NCBI GenBank assembly: GCA_964652755.1
Contig: CAZZBP010000001.1
Location: 10,872-74,871, forward strand
Direction: 5' to 3'
DNA: 64,000 bases
From: an uncultured Dehalococcoidia bacterium
Lineage (GTDB): Bacteria; Chloroflexota; Dehalococcoidia; Lucifugimonadales; UBA826
Shown piece after piece: positions 38,118 to 48,130 of this stretch. Made by a program: the position numbers and the translations under genes. Numbering within the stretch: the first letter of the stretch is position 1; every line of letters starts with the position of its first letter. Below the pieces are notes generated by a model. It ran no database searches. It was given only the letters and a program-made list of their open reading frames with translations, and was not told the DNA's origin.

Positions 38118-39944
38118 ATGAACCCGCGCTCCATGAGGAGCATGTTTATATATTTGTTGATTATAGTTGCCCTTGTGGCGATATTTTTTACTGTGTTCAG
38201 TGAGCCATTTGCAGGTTCTTCCGAAGTTCCAATCAGTAAAGTTATATCAATGGCTACCGAGGGAAGATTGAAAAGTGTCGAGGTTCAAGGCGATACTCTT
38301 GAAGCTGTAACTCTCGATGGTCAACACCTTACATCGAGAAAAGAAATGGGTTCATCGATAGTGGAACAGCTGGAATCAGCTGGGGTAAATAAGGGGACGG
38401 GATACGTAGATATTACAGTTAAAGGTAGTGGCGGGTTTGGCAATGTATTAGGAATACTCCTTAATTTCCTTCCAATCATTTTCTTTGGTGCTGTCCTGCT
38501 TTTCATGATGAGGCAAGCCCAAGGTAGCAGTAGTCAGACTTTCAGCTTCGGTAAGTCGAAAGCGAGAAGGTTTGACAGCGATAACCCTGAGGTAAGTTTT
38601 GCTGATGTGCAAGGCGTGGATGAAGCTAAGGAAGAGCTCGAAGAAGTAGTAGAGTTTTTGAAAACTCCAGAAAGATTTTTGGCTCTTGGAGCTAAGATTC
38701 CGAGGGGCGTCTTATTGATGGGACCTCCAGGCGTAGGGAAGACACTTCTTGCTAGGGCCGTTGCTGGAGAGGCAGAAGTCCCGTTCTTTTCTATAAGCGG
38801 TTCTGAATTTGTGGAGATGTTTGTTGGCGTAGGAGCGTCACGTGTGAGGGATCTTTTCGATCAGGCAAAACGTAATGCTCCATGTATTGTATTTGTCGAT
38901 GAGATAGACGCGGTGGGCCGACATCGAGGTGCTGGATTAGGTGGTGGCCATGATGAGAGAGAGCAAACATTGAATCAAATCCTTGTTGAGATGGATGGAT
39001 TTGATACCGGTACGAATGTCATTGTCCTCGCTTCAACAAACAGGCCTGATATATTGGACCCGGCCTTGCTCCGTCCGGGAAGGTTTGATAGGCGGGTAAC
39101 CCTAGATAGCCCGGACGTTAAAGGCAGAGAGGAAATCCTTAGCGTCCACGCTAAAGGTAAGCCATTTGGGAAAGATGTGAATCTTGAAGCGATTGCAAAG
39201 CAAACGGTGGGGTTCAGTGGCGCTGATCTTATGAATCTTATCAACGAAGCGGCGATTTTGGCGGCCCGCAGAAATAAAAATGAAATTTCCTATGATGAGC
39301 TTGCCGAATCTATAGACAGAGTTATTGCAGGTCCTGAAAAAAAGAACAAAGTGATTAGCGACCGTGAGAAGGAGATGGTTGCGTATCATGAGGCGGGGCA
39401 TGCTCTTGTAGCACATCTCCTTCCCCATGCTGATCCGCCATACAAAGTCACAATTGTTGCAAGAGGTCAAACCGGTGGTCACACACGGTTCGTACCTGAA
39501 GTAGAGACCTCATTGGTTACGCAGAATCAGCTTGAAGCGAGAATGGCAGCGGCCATGGGGGGGCGTGTCGCTGAAGAGGTCATGTTCTATGAGGTAACTA
39601 CGGGAGCTGGAAATGATCTTGAACAGGCAACTAACATAGCCCGTGCGATGATTACACGGCTTGGTATGAGCAAAAAGCTTGGACCTAGGACTTTTGGTAA
39701 AAGGGAAGAGTTAGTCTTTTTGGGAAGAGAAATCTCTGAGCAGGCTGATTATAGCGATAGTATTGCTGAGTCCATCGATGAAGAGGTTCACGGTCTCTTG
39801 GATGTTGCCTACTTGACAGCAACTAGATTGATAAAGAATAACTCAGGTAAATTATCAGCCCTAGCTAAGCATCTCATTGAACACGAGACTATTGAAGGCG
39901 ATGACCTTCGAAATCTTCTTGATAGCTCTCCTGCCGCTGCTTGA
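38118..39944 (+). CDS. ftsH: ATP-dependent zinc metalloprotease FtsH
   Basis: It has two N-terminal TM segments, Walker A GPPGVGKT, Walker B VFVDEID, the SRH region and the zinc motif HEAGHAL. Confidence 0.95.
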   Translation: MNPRSMRSMFIYLLIIVALVAIFFTVFSEPFAGSSEVPISKVISMATEGRLKSVEVQGDTLEAVTLDGQHLTSRKEMGSSIVEQLESAGVNKGTGYVDITVKGSGGFGNVLGILLNFLPIIFFGAVLLFMMRQAQGSSSQTFSFGKSKARRFDSDNPEVSFADVQGVDEAKEELEEVVEFLKTPERFLALGAKIPRGVLLMGPPGVGKTLLARAVAGEAEVPFFSISGSEFVEMFVGVGASRVRDLFDQAKRNAPCIVFVDEIDAVGRHRGAGLGGGHDEREQTLNQILVEMDGFDTGTNVIVLASTNRPDILDPALLRPGRFDRRVTLDSPDVKGREEILSVHAKGKPFGKDVNLEAIAKQTVGFSGADLMNLINEAAILAARRNKNEISYDELAESIDRVIAGPEKKNKVISDREKEMVAYHEAGHALVAHLLPHADPPYKVTIVARGQTGGHTRFVPEVETSLVTQNQLEARMAAAMGGRVAEEVMFYEVTTGAGNDLEQATNIARAMITRLGMSKKLGPRTFGKREELVFLGREISEQADYSDSIAESIDEEVHGLLDVAYLTATRLIKNNSGKLSALAKHLIEHETIEGDDLRNLLDSSPAAA

Positions 39945-39951
39945 GACCGGT

Positions 39952-39972
39952 GAGGTTCTGGAAGCAAACCTC
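39952..39972. terminator. candidate hairpin between convergent ftsH and the aminotransferase gene
   Basis: GAGGTT (39952-57) pairs with AACCTC (39967-72) around a 9-nt loop. No clear U-tract follows. Confidence 0.25.
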
Positions 39973-39992
39973 CTATTAAAGTGTATTTGGAT

Positions 39993-41087
39993 TTACCCCT
40001 TAAATTCGGTGCTTGCTAACACCACTTTCAGTGCGTCTACCGTGTTTTGAATGTCCTCATGTGATGTAAGTCCCATGTGACCAATTCTGAATATCTTGCC
40101 AGCTAGATTTGCCTGTCCTCCGGCTAACACGACGTTGTGTTCTACTCGCAACTTCTCTACTAAACTACTGCCGTCGATCCCTTCTGGGATTGAGACAGCT
40201 GTACAGGTGTCGGAAGCAATGGATTCAGTGACGGGAAAAATGTCGAGGCCGAGACTTCTTATGCTGTCCCGAGTAAATTGTCCTATTGTGGCATGCCTTT
40301 CGTACAAAGCTCCAAGGCCCTCTTTGTCGATGCGGTTTAGGGCAAGATCCAAGGCAAACATACAAGAAACGGATGGGGTAAACGGCGGTTGCCCGAGCTC
40401 AAAATACCTCTTGTATTCGGCCATGTCCAAGTAAAACCGTGGCATGGTTGACTCTGCGTGAGCTTCCCAGGCTCTTTGACTGAAACTGATAAATGCGAGC
40501 CCTGGCGGTAACATCCATCCCTTCTGCGAAGCCGTCGCGACCACGTCCAATCCCCATGCATCGGTTTCCACAGGCAGTGAGCATACACTGCTAATCCCGT
40601 CGACTATAACTAGCTTATCAAATTCACCTTTAATCACTTCCGCTATTGCTCTGAGATCGTTGGTCACTCCAGTTGATGTTTCGTTGTGAGTGACCATCAC
40701 TGCTTTTACATCCGGATTCTGAATCAGAGCGTCTCTTAATCTATCGAGGTCCACTGCTGTACCGAATGGAAAGTCTACTGTTTCAACATCGATGCCGTAA
40801 CGGTTACTAATAACTCCGAACCGGTTTCCAAAAACACCGACGGTGGCGTTTATAGCTTTATCTCCTGGGGATAAAGTGTTAACTACTGCGGCCTCCATTG
40901 CAGAGGTCCCTGAGCCCGTAATGATATAGACATCGTTTTCAGTGGCGAAAACGTTCTTCAGACCCTTGGTAGTCCTAAACAGAAGATCCTTGTACTCTGG
41001 GCCCCTATGGTTGATCATCGGGGTGCCCATGGTTTCGAGGATCTCCTCGTCAACAGGAATTGGTCCTGGTATTCTCAGGTTAACCAA
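39993..41087 (-). CDS. class V aminotransferase (alanine-glyoxylate / serine-pyruvate aminotransferase family)
   Basis: The sequence PGP.PV.EEIL..M....I.HRGPE is present, along with GSGTSAMEAAV and the PLP lysine context ASQKG. Confidence 0.82.
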   Translation of the reverse strand: MVNLRIPGPIPVDEEILETMGTPMINHRGPEYKDLLFRTTKGLKNVFATENDVYIITGSGTSAMEAAVVNTLSPGDKAINATVGVFGNRFGVISNRYGIDVETVDFPFGTAVDLDRLRDALIQNPDVKAVMVTHNETSTGVTNDLRAIAEVIKGEFDKLVIVDGISSVCSLPVETDAWGLDVVATASQKGWMLPPGLAFISFSQRAWEAHAESTMPRFYLDMAEYKRYFELGQPPFTPSVSCMFALDLALNRIDKEGLGALYERHATIGQFTRDSIRSLGLDIFPVTESIASDTCTAVSIPEGIDGSSLVEKLRVEHNVVLAGGQANLAGKIFRIGHMGLTSHEDIQNTVDALKVVLASTEFKG

Positions 41088-41275
41088 ACTTATAGCCTCC
41101 GAAAAGAAATCATTTTTGTGGTCATGGTTGAATAATTTTCACGAGTCAGAATTGTCCCCACAATCTGTTCTATTAGTTAGTTCCCACTGACAGGAAGTAT
41201 GATCGATTTTTGGCCATCAGAGATCCTAACACAGTGTTATTGTCGTAGGGTTTCTAACCTCTTCTTGTGATTGGG

Positions 41276-42472
41276 TCAAATGAGGCGGAGATATCTTCTC
41301 CTTCCTACTCTCAATACTCCTGCTTGCAAAGTTGAGGCCTCCATATTTGATCGTACAGGTTCCTCGTCGATACGAACGGCGCCTTGGTCTATAAGGCGTC
41401 GTGCCTCTCCTGCACTGGTTGCTAGGCCAGCATCGAATATGATGTGACTTAGTCTTACGCCTGTAGAGTCGGGTCCCCGTGGGATTGGGTATGTTTGGAT
41501 GTCATCAGGTAACTCTCGCCCCTGGATAGTTCGTTCAAAAAAGGATCGGGCCAAAGCGGCGGATTCAGGATCGTGAAAATCCGCAACTAGTATTCCTGCT
41601 ACCCTTTTTTTTAATTCCATTGGATTTTCAGATCCATTTGATAGTGCAGACTTAATTTCCGCGATTTCAAGGGACGGAACGTCTGTGAGCCATTCATAGT
41701 AAGGAATTATCAGGGTATCTGGAATAGACATTACCTTGCCGTAAATTTCATTAGGAGGTTCATCGATGCCTATGTAATTACCTAGACTTTTACTCATTTT
41801 TTGTATTCCATCAGTGCCTGGAAGAAGAGGCATGATAAAGCACTGTTGAGGCGGCATTCCTTCACTTTGTTGCAATTCCCTTCCAACTAGCAGGTTGAAT
41901 CGTTGGTCTGATCCACCAAACTCAACATCCGAGCTAATAGCTACCGAATCATAGGCTTGCAGAAGGGGATAAAGTAGTTCTGTAATAGCAATAGGTTGGC
42001 TTTCTTTGAATCTTTTGGCGAAATCATCGCGAGCAAGAATTTGAGCGACTGTGAATTTTCTGGTTAATTCAATTACGTTTGTGAGATTGAATGGACCAAA
42101 CCATTCGCTTTGGAGTCGTATCTCTGTTCGGTCTCTGTCAACTATATTAAAGAATTGGTCAAGATATGTTTGAGCGTTAGCATTGACCTCGTCTGCACCG
42201 AGCATTGTTCTGGTTTGGGAGCGTCCACTAGGGTCTCCTATTTGGGCAGTCCAATCACCAACAATAAGAACTACTTTGTGACCAAGTTCTTGAAGCTGAC
42301 GAAGTTTTCGAAGCCCTACAGCATGTCCTATATGGATATCCGGTGCACTTGGATCGAAACCCATCTTGAGTCGCATGGGACTGCCTGAATCCAGTCTTTC
42401 GATGAATTCTCGCTCTACGATTATCTCTTCCACCCCTCTTCTGAGCACATCTTCTCTGTCCAGTAGTGTCAT
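41276..42472 (-). CDS. tyrS: tyrosine--tRNA ligase
   Basis: It has the HIGH-type motif PDIHIGHAV, KMSKS, and a C-terminal S4 domain (EARRLIDQGAVRI). Confidence 0.9.
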   Translation of the reverse strand: MTLLDREDVLRRGVEEIIVEREFIERLDSGSPMRLKMGFDPSAPDIHIGHAVGLRKLRQLQELGHKVVLIVGDWTAQIGDPSGRSQTRTMLGADEVNANAQTYLDQFFNIVDRDRTEIRLQSEWFGPFNLTNVIELTRKFTVAQILARDDFAKRFKESQPIAITELLYPLLQAYDSVAISSDVEFGGSDQRFNLLVGRELQQSEGMPPQQCFIMPLLPGTDGIQKMSKSLGNYIGIDEPPNEIYGKVMSIPDTLIIPYYEWLTDVPSLEIAEIKSALSNGSENPMELKKRVAGILVADFHDPESAALARSFFERTIQGRELPDDIQTYPIPRGPDSTGVRLSHIIFDAGLATSAGEARRLIDQGAVRIDEEPVRSNMEASTLQAGVLRVGRRRYLRLI

Positions 42473-42519
42473 TTCCTATTATTCCTGTGGGCCCTGTTAG
42501 GGATGGTGAAGAATATGAT

Positions 42520-43461
42520 TCACTCACCCATTCTGTCTATCAAGGGTTTTAAGGAAACCCTTACCACATCCACGTCTTGCCTAATTTGATTAATAAGTTC
42601 CTTAACCGTATCGTAAGTGATTTCGTCTCTAATATGTTCTATGAATTCCAATCTCATAGATTGTCCGTAAATATCCTCGTCGAAATCTAGGATATATGTT
42701 TCAACCACTCTTTCACCGTCATCAAAAGTTGGTCTCGTACCTATGCTTGTGGCGGACATGAATTGTCTATCACCTAGGTAGGCTATGGTGGAGTAAATCC
42801 CATTCTTAGGTATGACCATTCCATCTATGGTTTTAATGTTTGCCGTTGGGAACCCTAACTCACGACCCCTTCTGAAACCAGCTACGATCTTCCCAGAGAA
42901 CGAAAAAGGTCGTCCTAACATCAGTGAAACCGTGTTGACGTCACCTCGGGTGAGAAGTTCTCTTAATGTGGTACTCCTCACTGATATTCCGTTACTTTCC
43001 TGTACGGAAACTACTTGAAGGCTGAAACCCATTTCCTGCCCTAGAGACCGTAAGCTTGAGACGTCCGTCTTTCGGTTTCTGCCCATGCAAAAATCTGGAC
43101 CTACGACGAGGCCTTTCATTCCAATCCCATCTTGGAGAAGCTGGATGAAATCTTCGGCGCTAAGGGAGGCTATATATTCATCGAAAGTTACGGCCGCTAT
43201 GAAATCCACGCCGCTACTTTGAAGAAGTTGAATACGTTCGTCAATGCTCGTCAGGAAATTAGGTCTAAAGTCAGGATTCACGATAGTTGCCGGATGGTTC
43301 TTAAATGTGACAACTCCGGCGGAATTTCCGGATTCTCGAGCTGTCTCGATCAATTTATGCAATAGGTGTCTGTGTCCGAGGTGAACACCATCGAAAACAC
43401 CGATAGTTATTATGGAATCGCCGACCGTTGAGACTTGGTCCAGTTCTTCAGTTATTAACAT
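42520..43461 (-). CDS. ribF: bifunctional riboflavin kinase / FAD synthetase
   Basis: The motifs GVFDGVHLGHRHLL and GRELGFPTANI are present, along with E.YILDFDEDIYG. Confidence 0.9.
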   Translation of the reverse strand: MLITEELDQVSTVGDSIITIGVFDGVHLGHRHLLHKLIETARESGNSAGVVTFKNHPATIVNPDFRPNFLTSIDERIQLLQSSGVDFIAAVTFDEYIASLSAEDFIQLLQDGIGMKGLVVGPDFCMGRNRKTDVSSLRSLGQEMGFSLQVVSVQESNGISVRSTTLRELLTRGDVNTVSLMLGRPFSFSGKIVAGFRRGRELGFPTANIKTIDGMVIPKNGIYSTIAYLGDRQFMSATSIGTRPTFDDGERVVETYILDFDEDIYGQSMRLEFIEHIRDEITYDTVKELINQIRQDVDVVRVSLKPLIDRMGE

Positions 43462-43618
43462 TAAACGATCTTTTGTAGGTTTAGGCGCTAATAGTTCTCT
43501 GTTACTTTGCTCATCCCGACAATCATCTGGAAATGCTTGTTAACAATTCATATCGTTACGGAAGAAATTAGCATGCGCCAAATGGTCGGTCAAGGATAAA
43601 AGACATTCTTTGGATACT

Positions 43619-44809
43619 TTAACTTGCAGTTAAATATCTCCTAAGAGCGAGACTCGCGGGAAGTATCGTCGCTGTAACTACCCCCATTATTATTACCGAC
43701 CGGTTAAGACCTACCATGTCAGCAATCAATCCATAGCCGAGGGGAGCTCCTACAGTACCTATCTCGTTAGTGGTATAAAAGAGGCCATAGTACCTTGCTC
43801 TCTTGTTTGGTGGTATGAATTTGGCTACAGTGGCGTAGAGAACACTTGATGTTCCGTTGAGCCCTACTCCAAGAACTATCGCGAGTGGCCATAGGATATG
43901 TGAAGGCACGAAAATCGCGCTTATTATCAACGTTGTCGTCATCCCTTTCGTCGCCCATATCAGTGGCAAAGTGCCTGTACGATCGTCCAGCCAACCGCAA
44001 ATATATTTTCCAGCTGCCCCACCGGCGAACAACAGAAATAACGCTATGCCTACTTCAGATTCTCCCATTCCTCTCTCTACGAAAATGAATGGAAAAAATA
44101 CCAGTGTGGAGCTTCTGGTGGCACTGTCAAGAATACCGATTCCACTTAATACGATGAACCCGACAATTGTGGAAGTTTCACTAGAATTTTCCCTAGCCCA
44201 TTCTTCTGGAGAATGTTCGACTAGCGGTTTTCCCATGTCAAAGTGTCGTCGGGTGAATACAGACATGCACATGAAAGCAGATCCTACTGCACCTACAATC
44301 CACATCGTTGCGCGCCAGCCCCCCAACATTACAAGCAATCCTGCCACTATTGGTGCCATCATCTTGCCGATATCACCCGAAAAGTTAACGGTGCCTACCG
44401 CTGCAGATCTTCCAGCTGAATTGTATGCTCTGGATACCATGCTTGATGCTAGAGGATGTTGTGTACCTCCCCCAAGTCCACCTAGTGCTGTTGCTCCGAT
44501 AAGAGGCAAGAAGCCAGGGAGAACTGCCATTACTATTAGTCCCAATCCCACCCAAAGATTTCCACCTAAAAGCATCCAAAATTCGCCGGTTGACTCGGCA
44601 ACTAATCCCGCAGGAATCTGGAGTATCGCAGAGGAACCGTTATAGACAGATCTTAAGAGTCCGATTGAGGTATAACTAAGATTTAGCTCTTCTTTTATGT
44701 GTGGAAGCAATGGCACAAGGAGTGCAAAAAACAAATCGCTCCATACATGCATGGCGGATCCAAATATAAGAACTTTTTGCGGAGAAGGGGTATTAGTTCT
44801 TGAGTTCAT
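43619..44809 (-). CDS. MFS transporter
   Basis: A 396-aa protein with about 12 hydrophobic segments and a central loop. The substrate is unknown. Confidence 0.75.
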   Translation of the reverse strand: MNSRTNTPSPQKVLIFGSAMHVWSDLFFALLVPLLPHIKEELNLSYTSIGLLRSVYNGSSAILQIPAGLVAESTGEFWMLLGGNLWVGLGLIVMAVLPGFLPLIGATALGGLGGGTQHPLASSMVSRAYNSAGRSAAVGTVNFSGDIGKMMAPIVAGLLVMLGGWRATMWIVGAVGSAFMCMSVFTRRHFDMGKPLVEHSPEEWARENSSETSTIVGFIVLSGIGILDSATRSSTLVFFPFIFVERGMGESEVGIALFLLFAGGAAGKYICGWLDDRTGTLPLIWATKGMTTTLIISAIFVPSHILWPLAIVLGVGLNGTSSVLYATVAKFIPPNKRARYYGLFYTTNEIGTVGAPLGYGLIADMVGLNRSVIIMGVVTATILPASLALRRYLTAS

Positions 44810-44826
44810 TCTCTCTGACCACTGGT

Positions 44827-45978
44827 TTATGGACCTTCATCACGAGATTGTCTTATATCTCTTGGAGGGAACTCCTGATATGGATATTTGGCCAGGGAAC
44901 TTTCATCTATTTCGATACCTAATCCCGGAGTTTCAGGCAGTTCTATGTATCCGTCATTGACCTCAAAAGGGTTGACAGCTATTTCTTTACCGAAGTTTTC
45001 TAAGTTAAGAAAGTATTCTGTGATTAGGAAATTTGGCATAGTAGCTGAAACTTGTATTGTGGCAGCTAGACCTAGCGTCGTGCTGTTGTAGTTGTGGGGC
45101 GACACAGCTACAAAATAAGGCTCTGCCATTGCGCCAATTTCTTTTAGCTCAAGGATCCCGCCTACGTTGCAAACATCGGGATTTATTATGTCTGCTGCTT
45201 GCTTTTCAAAAACCTCTCTGAACTCAAATTTCGTGTAGAGTTCCTCTCCCGTTACAACTGGGATTCTTATCTCCCTTTTTGCAGCTGCCAGGGCGTCTAT
45301 GTTTTCAGCTAGGACTGGTTCCTCATACCAGAATGGCTCATATTCCTCAATCTGGCGAGCTATCCTTATGGCGTGCATAGGCGCTAATCGTCTGTGCATT
45401 TCTACTAATATGTCTACATCATGGCCGACAGCTTGCCTAACAGCCCTTACATTTTTAACGGTCTGGTTTTCTACCTTCTTATCAACAAATGTTCGCCACG
45501 GACCGGGTATCGGATCAAACTTAAGGGCTGTGAAGCCTTGTTCGACCACTTCAGATGCTCTTTCAGCGATGATCCCTGAATCCCATCCGCCGCCGCCCCA
45601 TCCGTTCGCGTAAACTTTTATCCTTTCCCTAACTGGGCCACCAAGTAGTTTGTGAGTGGGGACTCCGCAAACTTTTCCTGTTATGTCCCACATCGCTTGT
45701 TCCAATCCGCTTACAGCGCACCAGAGGTCCATAGCACCCCTTCGGCCTGCAAAGTCATCGTAAACTATCTGCATGAAGTGTTTGATATTCGTAGGATCTC
45801 TTCCTACTAAATACCGTTTAAGCTTGTCTATATGAGCGGTTACCTGTATATCCCTGTCAGCCTGCGTGTAGCACTCTCCCCATCCGTGTATTTCTTCATC
45901 AGTATCGATTCTCACGAAGCAGAGGTTTTTTCCTTTTCCGGGATTAACTAAGTGGTAACGTATATCGGATATCTTCAT
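44827..45978 (-). CDS. enolase-superfamily enzyme (mandelate racemase/muconate lactonising family; acid-sugar dehydratase-like)
   Basis: It has the N-terminal capping domain (VRIDTDEEIHGWGE). The barrel carries FKALKFD-like ALKFDP and the metal ligand contexts D..VE.H, WYEEP and GEE. Confidence 0.82.
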   Translation of the reverse strand: MKISDIRYHLVNPGKGKNLCFVRIDTDEEIHGWGECYTQADRDIQVTAHIDKLKRYLVGRDPTNIKHFMQIVYDDFAGRRGAMDLWCAVSGLEQAMWDITGKVCGVPTHKLLGGPVRERIKVYANGWGGGGWDSGIIAERASEVVEQGFTALKFDPIPGPWRTFVDKKVENQTVKNVRAVRQAVGHDVDILVEMHRRLAPMHAIRIARQIEEYEPFWYEEPVLAENIDALAAAKREIRIPVVTGEELYTKFEFREVFEKQAADIINPDVCNVGGILELKEIGAMAEPYFVAVSPHNYNSTTLGLAATIQVSATMPNFLITEYFLNLENFGKEIAVNPFEVNDGYIELPETPGLGIEIDESSLAKYPYQEFPPRDIRQSRDEGP

Positions 45979-46044
45979 GAGTTTTCCCTAATTTCCAATT
46001 TAGCTGTTCTTGATGGTTCCAAAATCACAATCCTTGGCTGAGAT

Positions 46045-46800
46045 TTATTGAGCCGTCCATCCGCCGTCCACTACCACTTCGCTGCCCGTTACAAAACCGG
46101 ATTCGTTTGAAGCCAGATATAGGACTGCATATGCGACTTCTTCAGGTTTTCCATACCGACCCATTGGAATACGGCGAACCATATCGGCCAACCTCTTCTC
46201 ATCGGCCCGGACATCTGCCGTCATATCGGTCTCTATTGGTGCCGGATGTACCGAATTGCAGCGTATTCCCTCAGAGGCGTATTGAATTGCTACGGATTTT
46301 GTCAGGAGCCTTACCGCTCCCTTAGAAGCCTGGTATTGAGGACTACTAAAGTCGCCTCCAACCAATCCCATTTGAGATGAAATATTGACTATGGAGCCAC
46401 CTCCTGATCTTTTCATGGCAGGTATAACCGCCTTAATACCAAGAAATGACCCTTTGGCATTGATATCAAGCACGCGGTCCCAATCCTCTTCAGGGGTATC
46501 TAGCAAGTTCATTCTTGAGGTAACCCCCGCATTATTTACAAGTACATTGAGTCTTCCAAAGGCGCTCGTGGCCTTTGTTACTGCCAATTCCCATTGCGAG
46601 GCTTTTCGAACATCCAATGGAGTGAAGATGCAACTTGTCCCCCCTGCAGATATCTCCGAGGCTAGTTTTTCCCCTTCATCTTCCAGGACATCACCCAACA
46701 CCAATGAGGCGCCTTCTTTAGCGAACATACAAGCTTCAACAGCTCCCATCCCCTTTGCAGCGCCACTAATCAAAGCTACCTTCCCTTTAAGTCTTCCCAT
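46045..46800 (-). CDS. short-chain dehydrogenase/reductase (classical SDR)
   Basis: It has the motifs GKVALISGAAKGMG, NNAG, S...YQASKGAV and the C-terminal VVDGG. Confidence 0.88.
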   Translation of the reverse strand: MGRLKGKVALISGAAKGMGAVEACMFAKEGASLVLGDVLEDEGEKLASEISAGGTSCIFTPLDVRKASQWELAVTKATSAFGRLNVLVNNAGVTSRMNLLDTPEEDWDRVLDINAKGSFLGIKAVIPAMKRSGGGSIVNISSQMGLVGGDFSSPQYQASKGAVRLLTKSVAIQYASEGIRCNSVHPAPIETDMTADVRADEKRLADMVRRIPMGRYGKPEEVAYAVLYLASNESGFVTGSEVVVDGGWTAQ

Positions 46801-47067
46801 AACTCAACCTCAAAATACTTGCCTGAATTTTTCACTATATATACTTTAGTGTAATTAAATCGCATGCTGACATCAGAATCCTCAACCCGGAAATCCAATG
46901 TTATAGACTTATCGATTTGGGGATTTTATGGCAGGTTGGCAGTAGTGACAAACCAGTCATTCTCGAAGAGGTTTTTCGGCTTACCTCAGCCGTATAGGTT
47001 AAGGAAAGCCTCTTAGGTCATATCCAACTAGGCTTATTGGAATATTGCAAATCCTGTTCCATTTAGC

Positions 47068-47096
47068 TTGACACCCCAAAAGGTGAATGTGATACT
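47068..47096 (+). promoter_or_regulatory. candidate sigma70-type promoter for the ACIII locus
   Basis: TTGACA lies at 47068-73, followed by a 17-bp spacer ending in TGT and GATACT at 47091-96. This is about 75 nt upstream of the first ORF of the cluster. Confidence 0.4.
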
Positions 47097-47168
47097 TTTC
47101 GCGCGGTTGAGGATAAACCCGCGTTAGGTCTCCTTAGCCGTAATTTTTTGTCAGGGGTTTAGGCGAAA

Positions 47169-47471
47169 TTGTTAGAGATGGACCCACGGTTTATAGGTCC
47201 GGAAGCATGGGCAGAGATTAGTGTATTTGTCACGAATATCTGGCTGTTTGTATTTTCTATAATCATTTTTGCTTCCAACATGTTGATCGGCCATAACGCA
47301 ATACCGTCGTTGGTCACTTCACGTCATCTTTCATCGTCCTGGCAAAAGATAAGGCCTCCTATCTACGGGGTTGCTATTATCGCATTTGTCGCGGCTTTAT
47401 ATTTTGTTTTTACTGCCTTGCAAGGCGGTCGAAGCGCAATAAAACTTATATATCCCGATTTCTGGATATAA
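47169..47471 (+). CDS. hypothetical small membrane protein (2 predicted TM segments) immediately upstream of actA
   Basis: It has two long hydrophobic stretches (ISVFVTNIWLFVFSIIIFASNMLIG and IYGVAIIAFVAALYFVFTAL). It is on the same strand as actA and ends 34 nt before it. The start is uncertain (TTG 47169 or ATG 47178) and the RBS is weak. Confidence 0.45.
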   Translation: MLEMDPRFIGPEAWAEISVFVTNIWLFVFSIIIFASNMLIGHNAIPSLVTSRHLSSSWQKIRPPIYGVAIIAFVAALYFVFTALQGGRSAIKLIYPDFWI

Positions 47472-47505
47472 GTTGGTTTACGGTTAATCAAGGGAAGTAA
47501 GCAGT

Positions 47506-48120
47506 TTGATACCAGGGGATTTTCAGCCCAAGAGGCCCACAACTGGACAACTTGTAAAATTAGGTATTTTAGGAACGTTTGGACTAGGAATCTTTGTTGC
47601 AATAGTTCTATTCCTCACTTTCGTATTATCCGCTTGGTTGGATAGGCCGTTGATATTTGGTGATAGCGGATTTAGATCGGGACCAGATCAACCGATAGCT
47701 TTTCCGCACACGACTCATGTACAGGAACTGGGCATGGATTGCACGTTCTGCCATCGGAACGTACAGAAGGAGGCAGCGGCTTCTGTCCCAGCTATGGGCC
47801 TTTGTATGACCTGTCATAGTGCTGTTGGCGACGGTCTTGGTGAGATCGAGAAAATGAGATCTCTATACGAGGATGGGAGATCGATCCAGTGGGTTCGGGT
47901 CCACAGGGTTCCAGATCATGTTCACTTCGTACACGAGGCTCACATAAGGTATTTTTCAGAATCTGAAGGCATACAACCAAGTCAAGTGTGTCAAAAATGC
48001 CACGGTGAAGTAGGGGAAATGGAGAAGGTCAGGCAAGTAGAGACATTGAAAATGGGGGATTGTGTTAGTTGCCACAAAGAAAACGCAGCTCCTACAGACT
48101 GCACAACCTGTCATTATTAG
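47506..48120 (+). CDS. actA: alternative complex III subunit ActA, membrane-anchored pentahaem cytochrome c
   Basis: It has five CxxCH motifs (CTFCH, CMTCH, CQKCH, CVSCH, CTTCH), an N-terminal TM helix, and a TTG start with AAGGGAAG upstream. Confidence 0.85.
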   Translation: MIPGDFQPKRPTTGQLVKLGILGTFGLGIFVAIVLFLTFVLSAWLDRPLIFGDSGFRSGPDQPIAFPHTTHVQELGMDCTFCHRNVQKEAAASVPAMGLCMTCHSAVGDGLGEIEKMRSLYEDGRSIQWVRVHRVPDHVHFVHEAHIRYFSESEGIQPSQVCQKCHGEVGEMEKVRQVETLKMGDCVSCHKENAAPTDCTTCHY

Positions 48121-48130
48121 GGGCTCGTAA

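Noticed and set aside
42473-42519. Possible T-box leader for tyrS, or FMN riboswitch near ribF
   Set aside because: The tyrS upstream gap is only 47 nt, far too short for a T-box. ribF is not normally FMN-riboswitch controlled, and the 157-nt region upstream of it shows no conserved riboswitch core that I can recognise.
43857-44645. 262-aa plus-strand ORF (the longest alternative ORF in the window) opposite the MFS transporter
   Set aside because: Its translation is Pro/Ser/Thr-rich low complexity, typical of the reverse frame of a hydrophobic membrane gene. The minus strand gives a coherent roughly 12-TM MFS protein.
46385-46849. 154-aa plus-strand ORF opposite the intact SDR
   Set aside because: The minus strand has all the classical SDR motifs, so the plus-strand ORF is a shadow frame.
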